The notes: generated by a model from the sequence alone, not told the origin. A stretch of DNA of 64,000 nucleotides from Syncephalis fuscata S228 (GCA_025786725.1 JAHLTZ010000003.1:558001-622000); one strand, 5' to 3'. Positions 26,266 to 42,504 are shown, counted from the first letter of the stretch. Numbers and translations are program-made.

Positions 26266-28020
26266 ATGTTATTCTTCTCAGTAGCTGCTGGTTCTGATAG
26301 TTTACTTTATTTAGTTTTTTACGTTAAAATGTTGGAAAAATATGCAGCAGCAAAACGCTGCCGTGAACGCCGAGCAATACGAGACAAACAGCTGAAAAAA
26401 ACTCGCGAAACACTTGCATCTCCGGAAATACACCCACTTTTGGCCAAATCAGATGAAATCCTTGCTTTATCAACTCTTGAACTGCGCAATCGGCTAGCTC
26501 AAAGGATTTACACAGCAGAACAAGTTCTGGCTGTAATGCTGCAAGCAGCAATAAATGCAAACGAATATACCAATGCTATTACTGAAGTTCTTCTGGACGA
26601 GGCATTTGAGGAGGCGCGTCGATTAGATAAACTAGATAAGCCAAAAGGGCCACTTCATGGCATTCCAGTCTCGATAAAAGACAATATTGATGTAGCCGGC
26701 AAAGATACAACACTGGGCTATTCTGCGCGTGCATTTCATCCAGTTGCCAATGATGCTCCAGCAGTTGCATTGGTACGCAGCGCCGGTGCCATTCCCTTTG
26801 TAAAAACAAACATACCTCAAGGAGTGTTTAGTACTGAAACATATAATCCAATCTTTGGACGTACAAACTCAGCGCGTAATAAAGCATTAATATCTGGCGG
26901 CAGTAGCGGTGGTGAAGGTGCACTTATCGGTCGTCATGGATCAATATTGGGTCTAGGCAATGATCTCGCTAGCTCGCTACGTAATCCGGCTTCTATTAAT
27001 GGTATTTACTCGCTCAAGCCAACCTCAAGTCGTATACCGGCAACCGGCAATCATTCAGCGTATGACTATACACCCGTCATACCACTAGTATGTGGACCGA
27101 TAGGGCACGATATAGACGCACTCCAATTGCTTATGAGTTCCATTATCGATCAGAAGCCATGGACCATGGATCCATCCTGTGTTGCCATACCTTGGGTGCC
27201 AGCAACTCTCCCGTTAAAGCTGCGTGTTGCATACTATGTTGACAATGGCTATGTGCCAGCATCTCCTGTTGGGCGACGTGCTATTATCGAAACGGTTGAA
27301 AAACTACAAGCTGCCGGTCACGAGGTGGTCGAATTTAAGCCGCCCAATATTTTTGAAGCAACTCTGGCAAGCGTCAAGGCTTTATGGCCAGATGGTGGCC
27401 AAGCACTTGTTAAAGAACTAAAGGGCGATCCCATGTATCCGACAATAGCAGCCACTACTCAATTCTCTAGCAAGTCTTATATACAACGTGCACTCATTAG
27501 CTGGTATATCCGTAATTTCACCGATGATCCAAGAAAAGCGGATATACTTGAAGCGGGTGTCGATAAAACAAAAGAAGAAATGTATCTAGTAACTCAAGCA
27601 CGGGACAGCTATCGCAAGCTGTTTTTCGATGAACTAGCCAAGCTTACTGACTCTGAACAGCACCCAGTTGATGTTATTTTATCGACCACTCAGGTCATTC
27701 CTATGGCTGCACACGATGTCACTACTAAATTACCCATTGATCTGTCATTTACATTAGTCTACAATTTACTCGACGCACCATCCGGCGTAATTCCTGCCAT
27801 CACATTTGACAAAGAAAAAGATGCATCACAAGATAACATTTCTTGGTGGAACGATGGTCGCCCCATCAATTCTGTTGAAGCACAGTTTCGAAACAACTAC
27901 AACGCTGAGCTATTTCACGGCTCACCGTGCGGTGTTATGGTCAGTGGTCGCCGTTTCGAGGATGAACATGTCCTGGCATGCATGCGTGTTATCGACAATG
28001 TCATTAATCAGTCCAATTAA
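26266..28020 (+). CDS. Amidase-signature family protein (acetamidase/FAAH-like), intronless
   Basis: Motifs GPLHGIPVSIKDN (catalytic Lys), KTNIPQ, GGSSGGEGAL and GNDLASSLRNPA (nucleophile Ser). The true start may be 26329. Confidence 0.92.
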   Translation: MLFFSVAAGSDSLLYLVFYVKMLEKYAAAKRCRERRAIRDKQLKKTRETLASPEIHPLLAKSDEILALSTLELRNRLAQRIYTAEQVLAVMLQAAINANEYTNAITEVLLDEAFEEARRLDKLDKPKGPLHGIPVSIKDNIDVAGKDTTLGYSARAFHPVANDAPAVALVRSAGAIPFVKTNIPQGVFSTETYNPIFGRTNSARNKALISGGSSGGEGALIGRHGSILGLGNDLASSLRNPASINGIYSLKPTSSRIPATGNHSAYDYTPVIPLVCGPIGHDIDALQLLMSSIIDQKPWTMDPSCVAIPWVPATLPLKLRVAYYVDNGYVPASPVGRRAIIETVEKLQAAGHEVVEFKPPNIFEATLASVKALWPDGGQALVKELKGDPMYPTIAATTQFSSKSYIQRALISWYIRNFTDDPRKADILEAGVDKTKEEMYLVTQARDSYRKLFFDELAKLTDSEQHPVDVILSTTQVIPMAAHDVTTKLPIDLSFTLVYNLLDAPSGVIPAITFDKEKDASQDNISWWNDGRPINSVEAQFRNNYNAELFHGSPCGVMVSGRRFEDEHVLACMRVIDNVINQSN

Positions 28021-28924
28021 TAAGTTTTATAATTATTAATAAAATATTGTTTAACATCTAATAGCAATGAAAGCATGTTAAAAAGAATGTTTAAATTAAT
28101 TGCGCGAATATTATCCAATGTAATCATTTGATTCACAATTCATATTAAATCATTAATAAGTTGTTTAATATTAATTTATTGGCAGCAACATAAATGTAAT
28201 AACTATGCAGATAAACTATATTTACTTTCATGCAGAATCTAACTAGCAACCTCTATATAAACACTACAACTACATCATTATATCTATATCAACTTAAATA
28301 CATACAATATTTGTAGTGCCGATTTAATGCTGTCTACACAATTATAATTATCAATGTAACTACCACAAACAAACACACAGCAAGCTCCATATTCACTAGA
28401 CAGAATATTGTTTTATTATGTGCAGTCTAGCGCCGTTTGTAGCACGCTGAAATGCGTGCCACAAAATCATGTAGTATTTAGTTGACTATATACCTACAAG
28501 TGCTCACATAGTAAAAGGCACGATTAAATCACACTACACTTGCTAGTTTACTTAATTATGTTAAACAATAAGCAGTAGTAGTTTTGTAATTATTAAATGT
28601 ATAGCAAGTGTAAATCACACTGGACAACAAATAATAACAAAAGAGAAAAGTATAAAGTATATTGGGCGGCAAATAATAGCAAGAGAAGATGAAAAGACGA
28701 CGTTTAGTTTAGACGCGGCAAAACTAGCTTATATCATAATAAACATGTTCCATGAGACCGTCCAAGACCAGTGCACCACACAATTATTTTTAATCTTCGA
28801 TATAAGTAACTATAATTATTTTATTAAAGATTCAATATATGTAACTATTAGTGCAATAGTCAATAGACCACTTATTTCTTTATTTAAAAAACAATTTGTC
28901 CATTTAACGTTATTTAATATCCAG

Positions 28925-29056
28925 ATGAATGCTTTTGATAAAATTTACGCAATTAAGCTACACGTTTTTTCTATTGAACATGACGCTAGGTGGTGATTGA
29001 CATTGATCATCAGATACTCATCATTGTAGATTTATTATTCAGTATGCATATATCAT
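28925..29056 (+). repeat. Solo degenerate TIR arm of MITE family A
   Basis: TTACGCAATTAAGCTACAC..CTATTGAACATGA..GGTGGTGATTGACAT..ATACTCATCAT..CAGTATGCATATATC matches the family A left arm. Confidence 0.65.
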
Positions 29057-29848
29057 TTTTTGATATTTACAAGAAAAGATATAAACATAATAATGATTTA
29101 TGATAATAGTTTATATCTAATAAAGAAACATGTTACTTATATTAATTACTAAAGCACTTGTAATAATGATTGCACTATTATTATTCTAAATATTAAATGA
29201 TTTACTAACACGTGAACATGATCAAAATGAGCCGAGCTCTGCTTGGCAAATTGATAAATCAAGCAAACGTTATGCCTTATGCCATATATAAATTGCTGCC
29301 ATGTTGCCTTTTTAGTTGTCACATATTTACTAATTCTGTTGTTTCATTTGTATCGACTATGGTATTCTCTTTATCTTAATGTCTATTTACTCGTCGCCTT
29401 ATTTGGTGTATTCCATGTTAAGCCAAATATAATGCCTATAAACAAAATTACAAAAAATATTTCTATTTAATAATTAAAGATCGATTAGTGCACAGACCCA
29501 CCTCACACACATGCATTCTTGTAATAGCTAAATGAATAAGCAAATACATTATATTTATCTATGTTATCAGCAATCTGTAGATTGTTGAAAAAAGGCCTTT
29601 AATGCTTTTTCTGTACTTTTCATGTACATGTGTGTATCACAACATGTTTTTCCATTACTTTCATCCATTGTGACTATTCTTGTTCAAAGTTGCTTCACTA
29701 CCATTGATTGGTACCATTCCTGTTTTCCCTCAATCATCATCATCATCAAAGTAACTAAATAAATGGCATACTTTCAAATTTACTGTGTCCTCACATAGCA
29801 TCTTGTACTGTTTCCATTTTACTACTATATTGTTTAACCGACTTAACC

Positions 29849-31087
29849 ATGACTGTTTCTGCCGCATTACCCATTATTGATTTCCAGACGATATTAGATC
29901 CTAATGCGAATCCAATAGCTCGCAAGAAAACAATTAAACAAATCGATACTGCAGCTCGTCAATATGGGTAAGTGTAGCTATATTGTGAAAAACTGCTGGA
30001 TGAAATATAAATAGAGCTGTATGTATGTACATAACCTAATGGTGTTTACTAGATTTTTTTATCTTATCAATCATGGTATACCAAAACAAATCCACGATGA
30101 AATGCGCAAACAAACAAAGTTATTTTTTGCAAAATCCCGTGCTGAAAAAGAAGCATATGGTCAATATGGAGCTGTACGTGGCTATCACGCCTACACAAAT
30201 GATGGTGTATTGGATAACAATCTACAGCACGAGACAATGATGTTTGTCCAATCACTTGGACATTATCGCAATGGCAAACCTTTAAATCAAAATGACGACA
30301 ATACAGCATTTGATGGAGCTGATGTTTTTGGGCCACAAATGACGCTTATCAACGATCCGTTAGCTGAAATAGTTCCTGTATATCGCGAAGCCATCTCAAA
30401 ACTTGGTCGGCATATGATGAACCTATTGGCTGCTGCGCTAGGCGCAACCAATTCCGATTTTGAATGGTTAAATGATCCATTCCATACCATTAAACTGAAC
30501 TATTACCCACCGTGCGAACAAGTAACGGCAAAAAAGAGTGTGGGCATGAGGGAGCATACAGATTTTGGGTAAGCATTAATTATAGCTAAACAATAATTTA
30601 ATACTAATGATATTAATAATAAATAGTTTTTTGACTTTTCTTGATCAGGTAAGAAAAGTTTATATATTTATTTAAAAATACTTATTACAGTTGATTAGGA
30701 CTCTGATATTACATCGCTTGAAATAAAAACTATTGATGGTGAATGGCAGTTTGTTGAGCCGGTGCCGAATAGTTTTATTGTTAATTTAGGCGATATGATG
30801 CCCGTAAGTAACTAACTATATATTACCTATAGTATTGCTATATTTATACTATCAAATAGCCATGGTCGAACGGTCAATACCGATCGGCGACGCATCGTGT
30901 AACGCATAGTCATAGTCACCAGCGACATTCCATTGCTTTTTTTTTCGATTCGCGATTCGATGCATTTGTGCCAACACTTAAGGAAGCAGTACCTGCTGGC
31001 GAAGAACCACGCTATCCTCCCAATTGCTATGGTGATAATGCAATTGCCAAGATGGGTGATTTTTACGGTGTTGATGAAAAGGCATAA
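29849..31087 (+). CDS. 2-oxoglutarate/Fe(II) dioxygenase, IPNS/DIOX_N type, copy 1 (5 exons)
   Basis: Motifs LPIIDF, YGFFYLINHGI, LNYYPPC, EHTDFG (HxD), VNLGDM, WSNGQYRSATHRV (distal His) and RHS (2OG-binding RxS). Includes a 21-nt exon. Confidence 0.92.
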
Positions 31088-31980
31088 ATTACAAGATAAC
31101 ATTAATGATTTATATCTAGTAAATAAACATTTCATCTATATGGATTATTAAAACGTCTATAACAATGATAGTGATAATGACGATGTCACATTAATAAATT
31201 ATGCTTATTTTATTTTGGTATAACAAATGCTAATTTTAATACTAATGTTACAGCGATTAAAAACAATATTATTAATTTCTTCTATTTTTATTCTCATTAG
31301 ATACATATCGCCTGACAGCCAAGGTTCTATTTTAACCATTTGTTTAATATTCTACTTTTCTTTTGTATAATATATAGTAAGTAGTAATTCTAACCAATTA
31401 ATAAACAATACTCAAAACATTTTTTGTTTTGGCATTTTAGAGCAAATTGTGCTTATTTAATCGTTCTAAATATTCCCTTTGGTTTACCTTTATCAGCAAA
31501 TATTTAATATTAATGTATACTTTATTCATTGCTTTGCTTATTATATTTTATTAAGCCAAATATAATGCCTATAAACAAAATTACAAAAATATTTCTATTT
31601 AATAATTAAAGATCGATTAGTGCACAGACCCACCTCACACACATGCATTCTTGTAATAGCTAAATGAATAAGCAAATACATTATATTTATCTATGTTATC
31701 AGCAATCTGTAGATTGTTGAAAAAAGGCCTTTAATGCTTTTTCTGTACTTTTCATGTACATGTGTGTATCACAACATGTTTTTCCATTACTTTCATCCAT
31801 TGTGACTATTCTTGTTCAAAGTTGCTTCACTACCATTGATTGGTACCATTCCTGTTTTCCCTCAATCATCATCATCATCAAAGTAACTAAATAAATGGCA
31901 TACTTTCAAATTGACTGTGTCCTCACATAGCATCTTGTGCTGTTTCCATTTTACTACTATATTGTTTAACCAACTTAACC

Positions 31981-33242
31981 ATGACTGTTTCTGCCGCATT
32001 ACCCATTATTGATTTCCAAACGATATTAGATCCTAATGCGGATCCAATAGCTCGCAAGAAAACAATTAAACAAATCGATACTGCAGCTCGTCAATATGGG
32101 TAAGTGTAGCTATATTGTGCAAAACTGCTGGATGAAATATAAATAGAGCTGTATGTATGTACATAACCTAATGGTGTTTACTAGATTTTTTTATCTTATC
32201 AATCATGGTATACCAAAACAAATCCACGATGAAATGCGCAAACAAACAAAGTTATTTTTTGCAAAATCCCGTGCTGAAAAAGAAGCATATGGTCAATATG
32301 GAGCTGTACGTGGCTATCACGCCTACACAAATGGCGATATGCTACAGGACAATCTACAACATGAGACAATGATGTTTGTCCAATCACTTAGCCATCTTCG
32401 TAACGGTAAACCTTTAAATCAAAATAACGACAATACAGCACTTGATGGAGCTGATGTTTTTGGGCCACAAATGACACTTAATAATGAACCATTGGCCGAA
32501 ATAGCTCATGTATATCGCGAAGCCACTTTAAAGCTTGGTCGACAGATGATAAGTGTAATAGCCACCGCTTTAGGATCAACCAACTCCGATTTTGAATGGT
32601 TAAACGATCCATATAGCGTTCTTAAACTCAATTACTATCCGTCATGCGAACAAGTAACAAATGAACGGAACGTAGGCATGAGAGAACATACCGATATTGG
32701 GTAGGCAACAGCTATAATCAAATAATGACGTGTTACTAATAGAAATAATGGCTTAATACTAATGATATTAATAATAAATAGTATGTTGACTTTTCTTGAT
32801 CAGGTAAGAAAAGTTTATATATTTATTTAAAAATACTTATTACAGTTGATTAGGACTCTGATATTACATCGCTTGAAATAAAAACTATTGATGGTGAATG
32901 GCAGTTTGTTGAGCCGGTGCCGAATAGTTTTATTGTTAATTTAGGCGATATGATGCCCGTAAGTAACTAACTATATACTACCTATAATATTGCTATATTT
33001 ATACTATCAAATAGCCATGGTCGAACGGTCAATACCGATCGGCAATGCATCGTGTAACGCATAGTCATAGTCGCCATCGACATTCCATCGCTTCTTTCTT
33101 TGATCCACAATTTGGTGCATTTGTGCCAACACTTAAGGAAGCAGTACCTACTGGTGAAGAACCACGCTATCCTCCCAATTGCTACGGTGATAATGTACTT
33201 GAAAAAATACATAGTTTCTACAAGTTTGACGAAAATGCATAA
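31981..33242 (+). CDS. 2-oxoglutarate/Fe(II) dioxygenase, copy 2 (5 exons)
   Basis: Same exon structure as copy 1; EHTDIG, MHRV and RHS are intact. Confidence 0.92.
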
Positions 33243-33356
33243 ATCACACAATAGTGCTAATGATTTATAGCTAATAAAAATCGTATCATTTACACTAATC
33301 ACTAAAACATTTATAATAATAATAAAATGGTAATAATAAAATAATAATAGTGCTAT

Positions 33357-34806
33357 TTATAATGTAGATGACGGTGAATTAACAAGTATAACCTGCTTCT
33401 TTCCAGCCATACTGGTACCAGCCCGTTCAATTTGAGTTAGAAAGGTTAACAATGATGCCTTTGTATCTACTTCACCGCCCCATGGCGTCGTCTCAGCTTG
33501 TGGTCCCATCAATTGACCATTACGTAACATATTAATCAGTTCATGAATCATCGCTTTTTTGTCCTTAGAACGACCTGCAACACGTTCCTCAGTCCAACGT
33601 GACATCCAATAACCACGAGCAATCAAGTCCTTAAAGATAAAAAGTGATGCTGGTAAAGTAAGTGGTTGACGGGCCATGGCACCATAAGTGACAATAGTGC
33701 CACCCTGTCTAAATAGCAAAAATATTACTAAATTACTAGTTCAATTTATATACACTTACCCAAGTAGCCGTGCAAGATTAAGTGCCGACTTGCCACTTAC
33801 ACAATTAAGGGCAAGTCGCGGCCCAGTCTTAGATGCTTCATTTAACCATTGCCGCGTTTCATCACTACGCATTTCTGTGTCACGCACAACCAAATCGGCA
33901 CCCATGGTACGTAGCTCATTTGCTAATTGCTCAAAGTCCGGACTATAAGCATGGTAGAGATAAACAATACATTAACCACTGTTATTAACAATATCTATTT
34001 AACACTGACCGATCGCGCACAACATTCATAGTACGTAAGCCCCAGGCCCGTGCTATTTGAATAACTGCCTGTCCAACTGCGCTGTTGGCACCATTCTGCA
34101 ACACAACCTCACCTGATAGCATGAACTTTTATAAATACGTGATATAAACTCAGCGCTAATCATCTTTGTAATATTACTTACCCGGCTGTAGATTAACAAA
34201 ATCTTTAACATACGATAGGCCGTACATGGATTCACCGATAGTGTTGCTGCTTGTAATGGTGTTATACCTTCATGCGGTATTTTTTCAACTTGTTCCATAT
34301 CTGCAACAATATCCGTTCGCCATGTTCCTAATAAACACAAATTAATAAACCATAATAGCATACAACTAATAGTTATCTAACGCACTATATACATATAGGA
34401 CTACTTACCGAATGCTGGTCTTGCTGGAAGAACCCAGTCGCCTACTTTAAAAGCCGACGCTGCCTCTGTACCAGTAGCCACTACTTGTGCCACACCTTCA
34501 TTGCCACCCACGCGTAACGGCTGGTCAGGCAGTTGATGTGCACTAATTGGATAAACGCCCTCAATCTGATTAACATCAGCCGGATTAATAGGAAAGGCCA
34601 GCATTTTTACATGGACCGAGCGTGCAGTAAGTGGTGGTAACGGCAAGTCCCTTACACTAACGCGTAACACCATCAATATTGACACAGACTACATAGAACA
34701 ACATACCCAAGTACCTGAGAAGGCGAGCCTGTTTGTTCAAAAACAATACATCGCGATAGTGTACTGTGTAGACGTCGCTGTGCTCCTCGCCACCGAAGAA
34801 CAACAT
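33357..34806 (-). CDS. ETR1: Mitochondrial trans-2-enoyl-ACP/CoA reductase (MECR), multi-exon, apparent frameshifts
   Basis: Arg-rich presequence; motifs [59 protein letters not shown] and RGYWMSRW. Confidence 0.9.
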
Positions 34807-34879
34807 AGTGCTGTTGTTGTTGTTAATCAGAAATAGAAATGGAAATAATTCTTAATCTATTTGAATTCACGAATACACT

Positions 34880-37736
<2,857 letters not shown>

Positions 37737-37890
37737 ATCATCTAAAAGTAACAATAGTACAAAGTTAGATGATAGTAATAATACGATTATAATAATACAT
37801 AATAAAATAAACATAAATAATTAATTAATTATTATTATTATTAACAATAGTATTTTATTTGATAATGTTGTTGTTGTTGTTGCTTATTCA

Positions 37891-39273
37891 TTACAACTTG
37901 GCCTTGGCCGATTCAGCAGGCCAATGAAGCTTCCATAACACGAGCCATATCATCGGCAGCTTCCGATAAATATGGGCAATTGTTTACTACCTAGCGCATA
38001 CTGGTTACGTTAAAGTGCAAGCTATTATTTGATCATATAGGCCACGCCAAAACCATCGGGTAACCTCGCCCCAACCATACCGTCAAGTATTCACTTGTTA
38101 ATGGAGAGGTTGATAAGTACCAGTGACACGATTCAGAATAGGCAGGATCGGTGAATATTCCGGTTTTTGTTCATTAGAATTAAGAAGCATGCCGCAAACC
38201 TATACAATTTATAATTAATTAATAATTATACTGCGCCTATTATAGATATAAATAGTAATAACTAACCGAATAGATGACGGTCAACACCTTGTCCTTCAAC
38301 AGCGTCTGACATATACTTGACGTGTGAAGTGATTGCTGACGTAAGGTAGCAGCCTCTTCTCCGACTAATTTAATAAATATTAATAAAAGTCTTTGAATAA
38401 ATAATACAACTTACGGAGGGTAGAGGATCTTCCATGGCTTTAACAAAGCAATCGAGTCGCTTGATACAGTACGGCAGGTTTCAGTACGACCATGCTTGAA
38501 TTTACGTGTCTGAGCCGATCGTAAGTGGGACGACTTACACCGTATTTCTATAATAGGCCAATGAATCACCATTTGCACATAAGCATCAGGTGACATACGG
38601 AATCGTTTAATCAAATTCTGCCATAAGTAGAATAGGCCAATACGGACAATTCATGCTTGCCAACTAATTGGTCAAAGTTCTTTCGGCCGTATTAATTGAT
38701 TGCAATGTTTTGTCATCAAGTTCAAAATCAAGACAGTTGGAGCGGGTATAAACTGGTATTTGGCGTTGAACTGCCATGATTTACTTGATTTTAGCAAGTC
38801 TATAATAAATATAGTTATATAAATAACACATGTATTAACATATTAAACTACTTTACATACCGGTCACATACAATATCGTTCAAACGACTAAGTGGTGTGC
38901 CATCAACACTTGAGTGCTAAATAGCTATTAGTTAATTTATTTATTATATATTACTTCAACCTACCTCTATAATCACACCGGCTTTACCTGTTTCAAATAC
39001 TATATTGTAGTGATTTATCGAAATAGCGGTTACGGCCATCACCATGCCAGCAAGCAGTGCTTACTTCATCACGTGTTACCGGTGCCGTGTCATCAGACAG
39101 AGTAGAATACTGAGCTCTCAAGCTTCTTTAATAGTTTCTCATTTTCAGGCGATACAGCTAGCAAGTGTTGACGGACATCAGTCCAGGTATCACGATGTTC
39201 TGTTGTCATGCACAATAGCATGGGCTTTGCGACTACCGGCTTGAGAAATGATACGGTCAGTTGTCTGTATACA

Positions 39274-39305
<32 letters not shown>

Positions 39306-40337
39306 ATATATATATATATATATCAATTATTAGTTAATAACATATATTAATACAAATACCCATTTGCTTGTTACTTACAGTTCAATATCGGCTGTAGATA
39401 GTCGTTTACCATTCTGTACAAGATCAAATACAAATACTTGATTTTTACGCATTACTGCCAAATGTTGGTGCGTATTGGATCAAAGGTAAGCTGTTTATCC
39501 GATGGCTTAACTGGATAACGACATGCATTAAAGATGTTATGGTAGGCAAGACTGCAAAGAGGGCTCTTTTTAGTATATTCTGGCTCTAATGTTTCTCTAT
39601 AGTCATATTAAGCAATCTGTACTTACAATGATTGTAACTAATACACTTACGATACCACTTGTTCTCTAAAGTCCATAGCGGCTGTTACAATGCTAGCCGC
39701 ACGCAATGCTTGCGTACGACGAAGACGATCATCCTGGAAGGCGAAAAAGAGCTAACATTGACGACAATAGGATCACGATAGCCCATGTAAGCAACTTCAT
39801 TCCACCATTCTTCTAGCCAGTTATCAACCTTGGTATCGGCAGCACGCTCTTGTAAGCGCTTCTGTAGATGTTCACCTATACCACCGGGTTGTTGGAACTG
39901 CTGAACCACCGATTCTGTACGGGCAAATGCAGCATCATCAAGCAATGGACGAACACTGCGTAGATACTTGGCACATGTTTCCTTCAAGTCCGGCACAGGT
40001 AGGTGAGGCAATTTATCCTGGAAAGCATAGAGTGGACGAGCCATATCTGATATAGTATTCTTGGTGGTGGTTATTGGGTGGTTGGCCGAGACAGCTGAAC
40101 TAGTACCGTTAGGAGCCTGAGAAGGTGAACTTGTAGAGATTGAATAAGAAGCAGCGGCAAAAGAAGGACGGCCCAATACTTTGGAACTTGTCTATATTGT
40201 TTATTGAACAACAAGGTAAGTGTCCGTTAGTATGCCAAGTAACAAAGCTTCTCTCCAAGACTTACCACCAAACGAGAGACGGGCGAACGAGACTGAAGCG
40301 ACAACGACCGACTAGCACGAAATGCGGAACTTAACAT
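37891..40337 (-). CDS. CAT2: Carnitine O-acetyltransferase with mitochondrial presequence and C-terminal PTS1 (AKL); many apparent frameshifts
   Basis: Exon 1 reads MLSSAFRASRSLSLQSRSPVSRLV; later motifs LPHLPVPDL, NWLEEWW, WHGDGRNRYFDK, SPDAYVQM, FKHGRTETCRTVS and GVDRHLFGL; ends ...AKAKL*. Confidence 0.9.
39268..39322 (+). repeat. (TACA)n/(TA)n microsatellite in a CAT2 intron
   Basis: Seen directly. Confidence 0.8.
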
Positions 40338-40908
40338 GAAGATAGACGGCAGCGCCCACAAAGCAGCAGCTTAAAAAGAAATAATCAAATAAAGGCGAAT
40401 AAGAGAATGAGAGTGAGTAAGAGAGAGAGACACACACGTAAGTAGACGCACACGCACACACCGACTGAGTTCAGTTGTTGTTACACGTGAGTAATTGTAA
40501 CAAGAAGTGTTGTTGTTGTTAATAAACCGTGAAAGTAGATTTAATAGATAAATATCGATTACTTATTACAAAATACCCAATATATATTTATATTTATACA
40601 TATTTATACACACGTCTTTATTGATTGATTGATTGATTGATTAACAACAACAACAACACTAGGTAAAAGAAAAAAACACATACCCAACAGCGGAGAAATT
40701 CAAGCCGATCTGTATCCGATATACGTCATTTCCCACGTTTATCCTTTTATTTATCTTGTAACAACAGTACACGACAAGTCGGCCGGTGTATTTGTATAAG
40801 CGTACACAGAGAAAGAACAAGCTATTACTGATAACCAGTGTGAATCTCATTTACCTACTCATTCACGTATTCATTCACGTACTTGCACCAATAATAGCAA
40901 TAGTATTA

Positions 40909-41767
40909 ATGTCTTCGGCTAAACAGACTCTCCCGTCGTATAAGCGTAAGCGACAAGGTAACGATAAACCAAAGACATCACGTCCCAAGTATCTACAAGC
41001 ATTAGTAGAAGAGTATAAAACCACAGATAATCAAGGTAAGTTAATTAATTAAATAGATAATAGATATATATCCATATAGATATATACTTATAATTTTATG
41101 CTATTTAGAAGCAAAACGACAAGTATTGGCCAATCTTGCCAATTTTGCTTATGATCCTTGTAATTATCAATGGCTACGAGAATTAAACGTTATTCAACTA
41201 TTTCTAGGTAAGAGGGTAATTAGTATATTGAATTATCATTCAATTAATTCAATTATAACCATCTACATTTATTTGTTAATAGATGCAATAACCAATGAAG
41301 TAACTACTGGAACGACAGTAATTGATGATTTTAAAACATTTGGTATTGGTGGTTTATGCAATCTAGTATTAGGTAATATTAGTCATATTATTGAAATATT
41401 AACTAAAATAACTATACATTTATTATTAGATCCTGGTTATAGTCATGATTTACTGTTTAGTAAAGATACGTTAACAATAATATGTAATTGTTTAAATAGT
41501 CTTCAACCAGATATAGTTTGTTCAGCCCTTACTACACTTTTACAACTATTATCATTAAATAATATTCCATCTACTGGTAAGTTATTAGCAATGTATACAT
41601 ATACATACATATATATATATTATAACTAATATAATTAATATAATTAATACGGTATAGCTGTAATAATTATAAAAGAAAAAAGTACAACTCATCTCGATCA
41701 ATTAATTCACTCCACCAATCGATGCATATCTAATTTGGCTATTTTATTAAAAGAACACTTGGTATAA
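40909..41767 (+). CDS. ARMC7: Armadillo repeat-containing protein 7 homologue (5 exons)
   Basis: [49 protein letters not shown] and FGIGGLCNL match the ARMC7 signature. Confidence 0.88.
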
Positions 41768-42504
41768 TAGTTTATTAGTATTAATATTAATATTATCTAA
41801 ATAATAAATATGTATATATTTATATCTATATCTATAATTCAACTATTAATTAAATAATTAATTAAATACTATTTATATAAGTGTACAATATTTAATTACT
41901 GTAATAATTACCATAACACTAATGTCAACACCAAAACAATAATAACCATAATAACAACAATTATAATTTACCACACATTCAGATTGTCATCGTAGCTTCT
42001 TTTGTTTGAACGATTCTATTGCCAATACAAGTATATAGCCACACCTACACTCCACCGTTTCTTATTACAAGTACAGAGACGGTCACGTATTGGTTTCTAT
42101 GCTTTATTGATTGCGCATACTCTAGTAGTTGAATCGTGACGAGTGAGTGAATGAGAGAGAGTGAGAGAACAAACGTAAGTATACGTGACAGAACAACTGT
42201 ATTTGCGTGTATTTGTGTGTGTATACATACGTTCTAGTCTTCGTATATACAAACGTGAACGTGTATATCCATTGTCGGTAGAGAACAACGCGTACTGACC
42301 CTTTTATCAATAGCAATACCCAACCATAACAATAACCATAGTAGTAACAGTTTATTTCATCGGCTATTGTGCATCTTTATATATACTAATCAAGCAGCAT
42401 ACACTGGTATTTGCTTTAACGGCTATACATACGTGTATACGCGTATTAAATAATCCACTTCAACAAAGTAAATATAAGAGAAGCGACTGTTACCATATTA
42501 AAGT

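Larger units (their letters stand above)
29417..33242 (+). repeat. Tandem segmental duplication, period 2132 bp (promoter plus dioxygenase gene)
   Basis: TTAAGCCAAATATAATGCC begins both units (~29418 and ~31551). The ATGs at 29849 and 31981 are 2132 bp apart. Confidence 0.95.
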
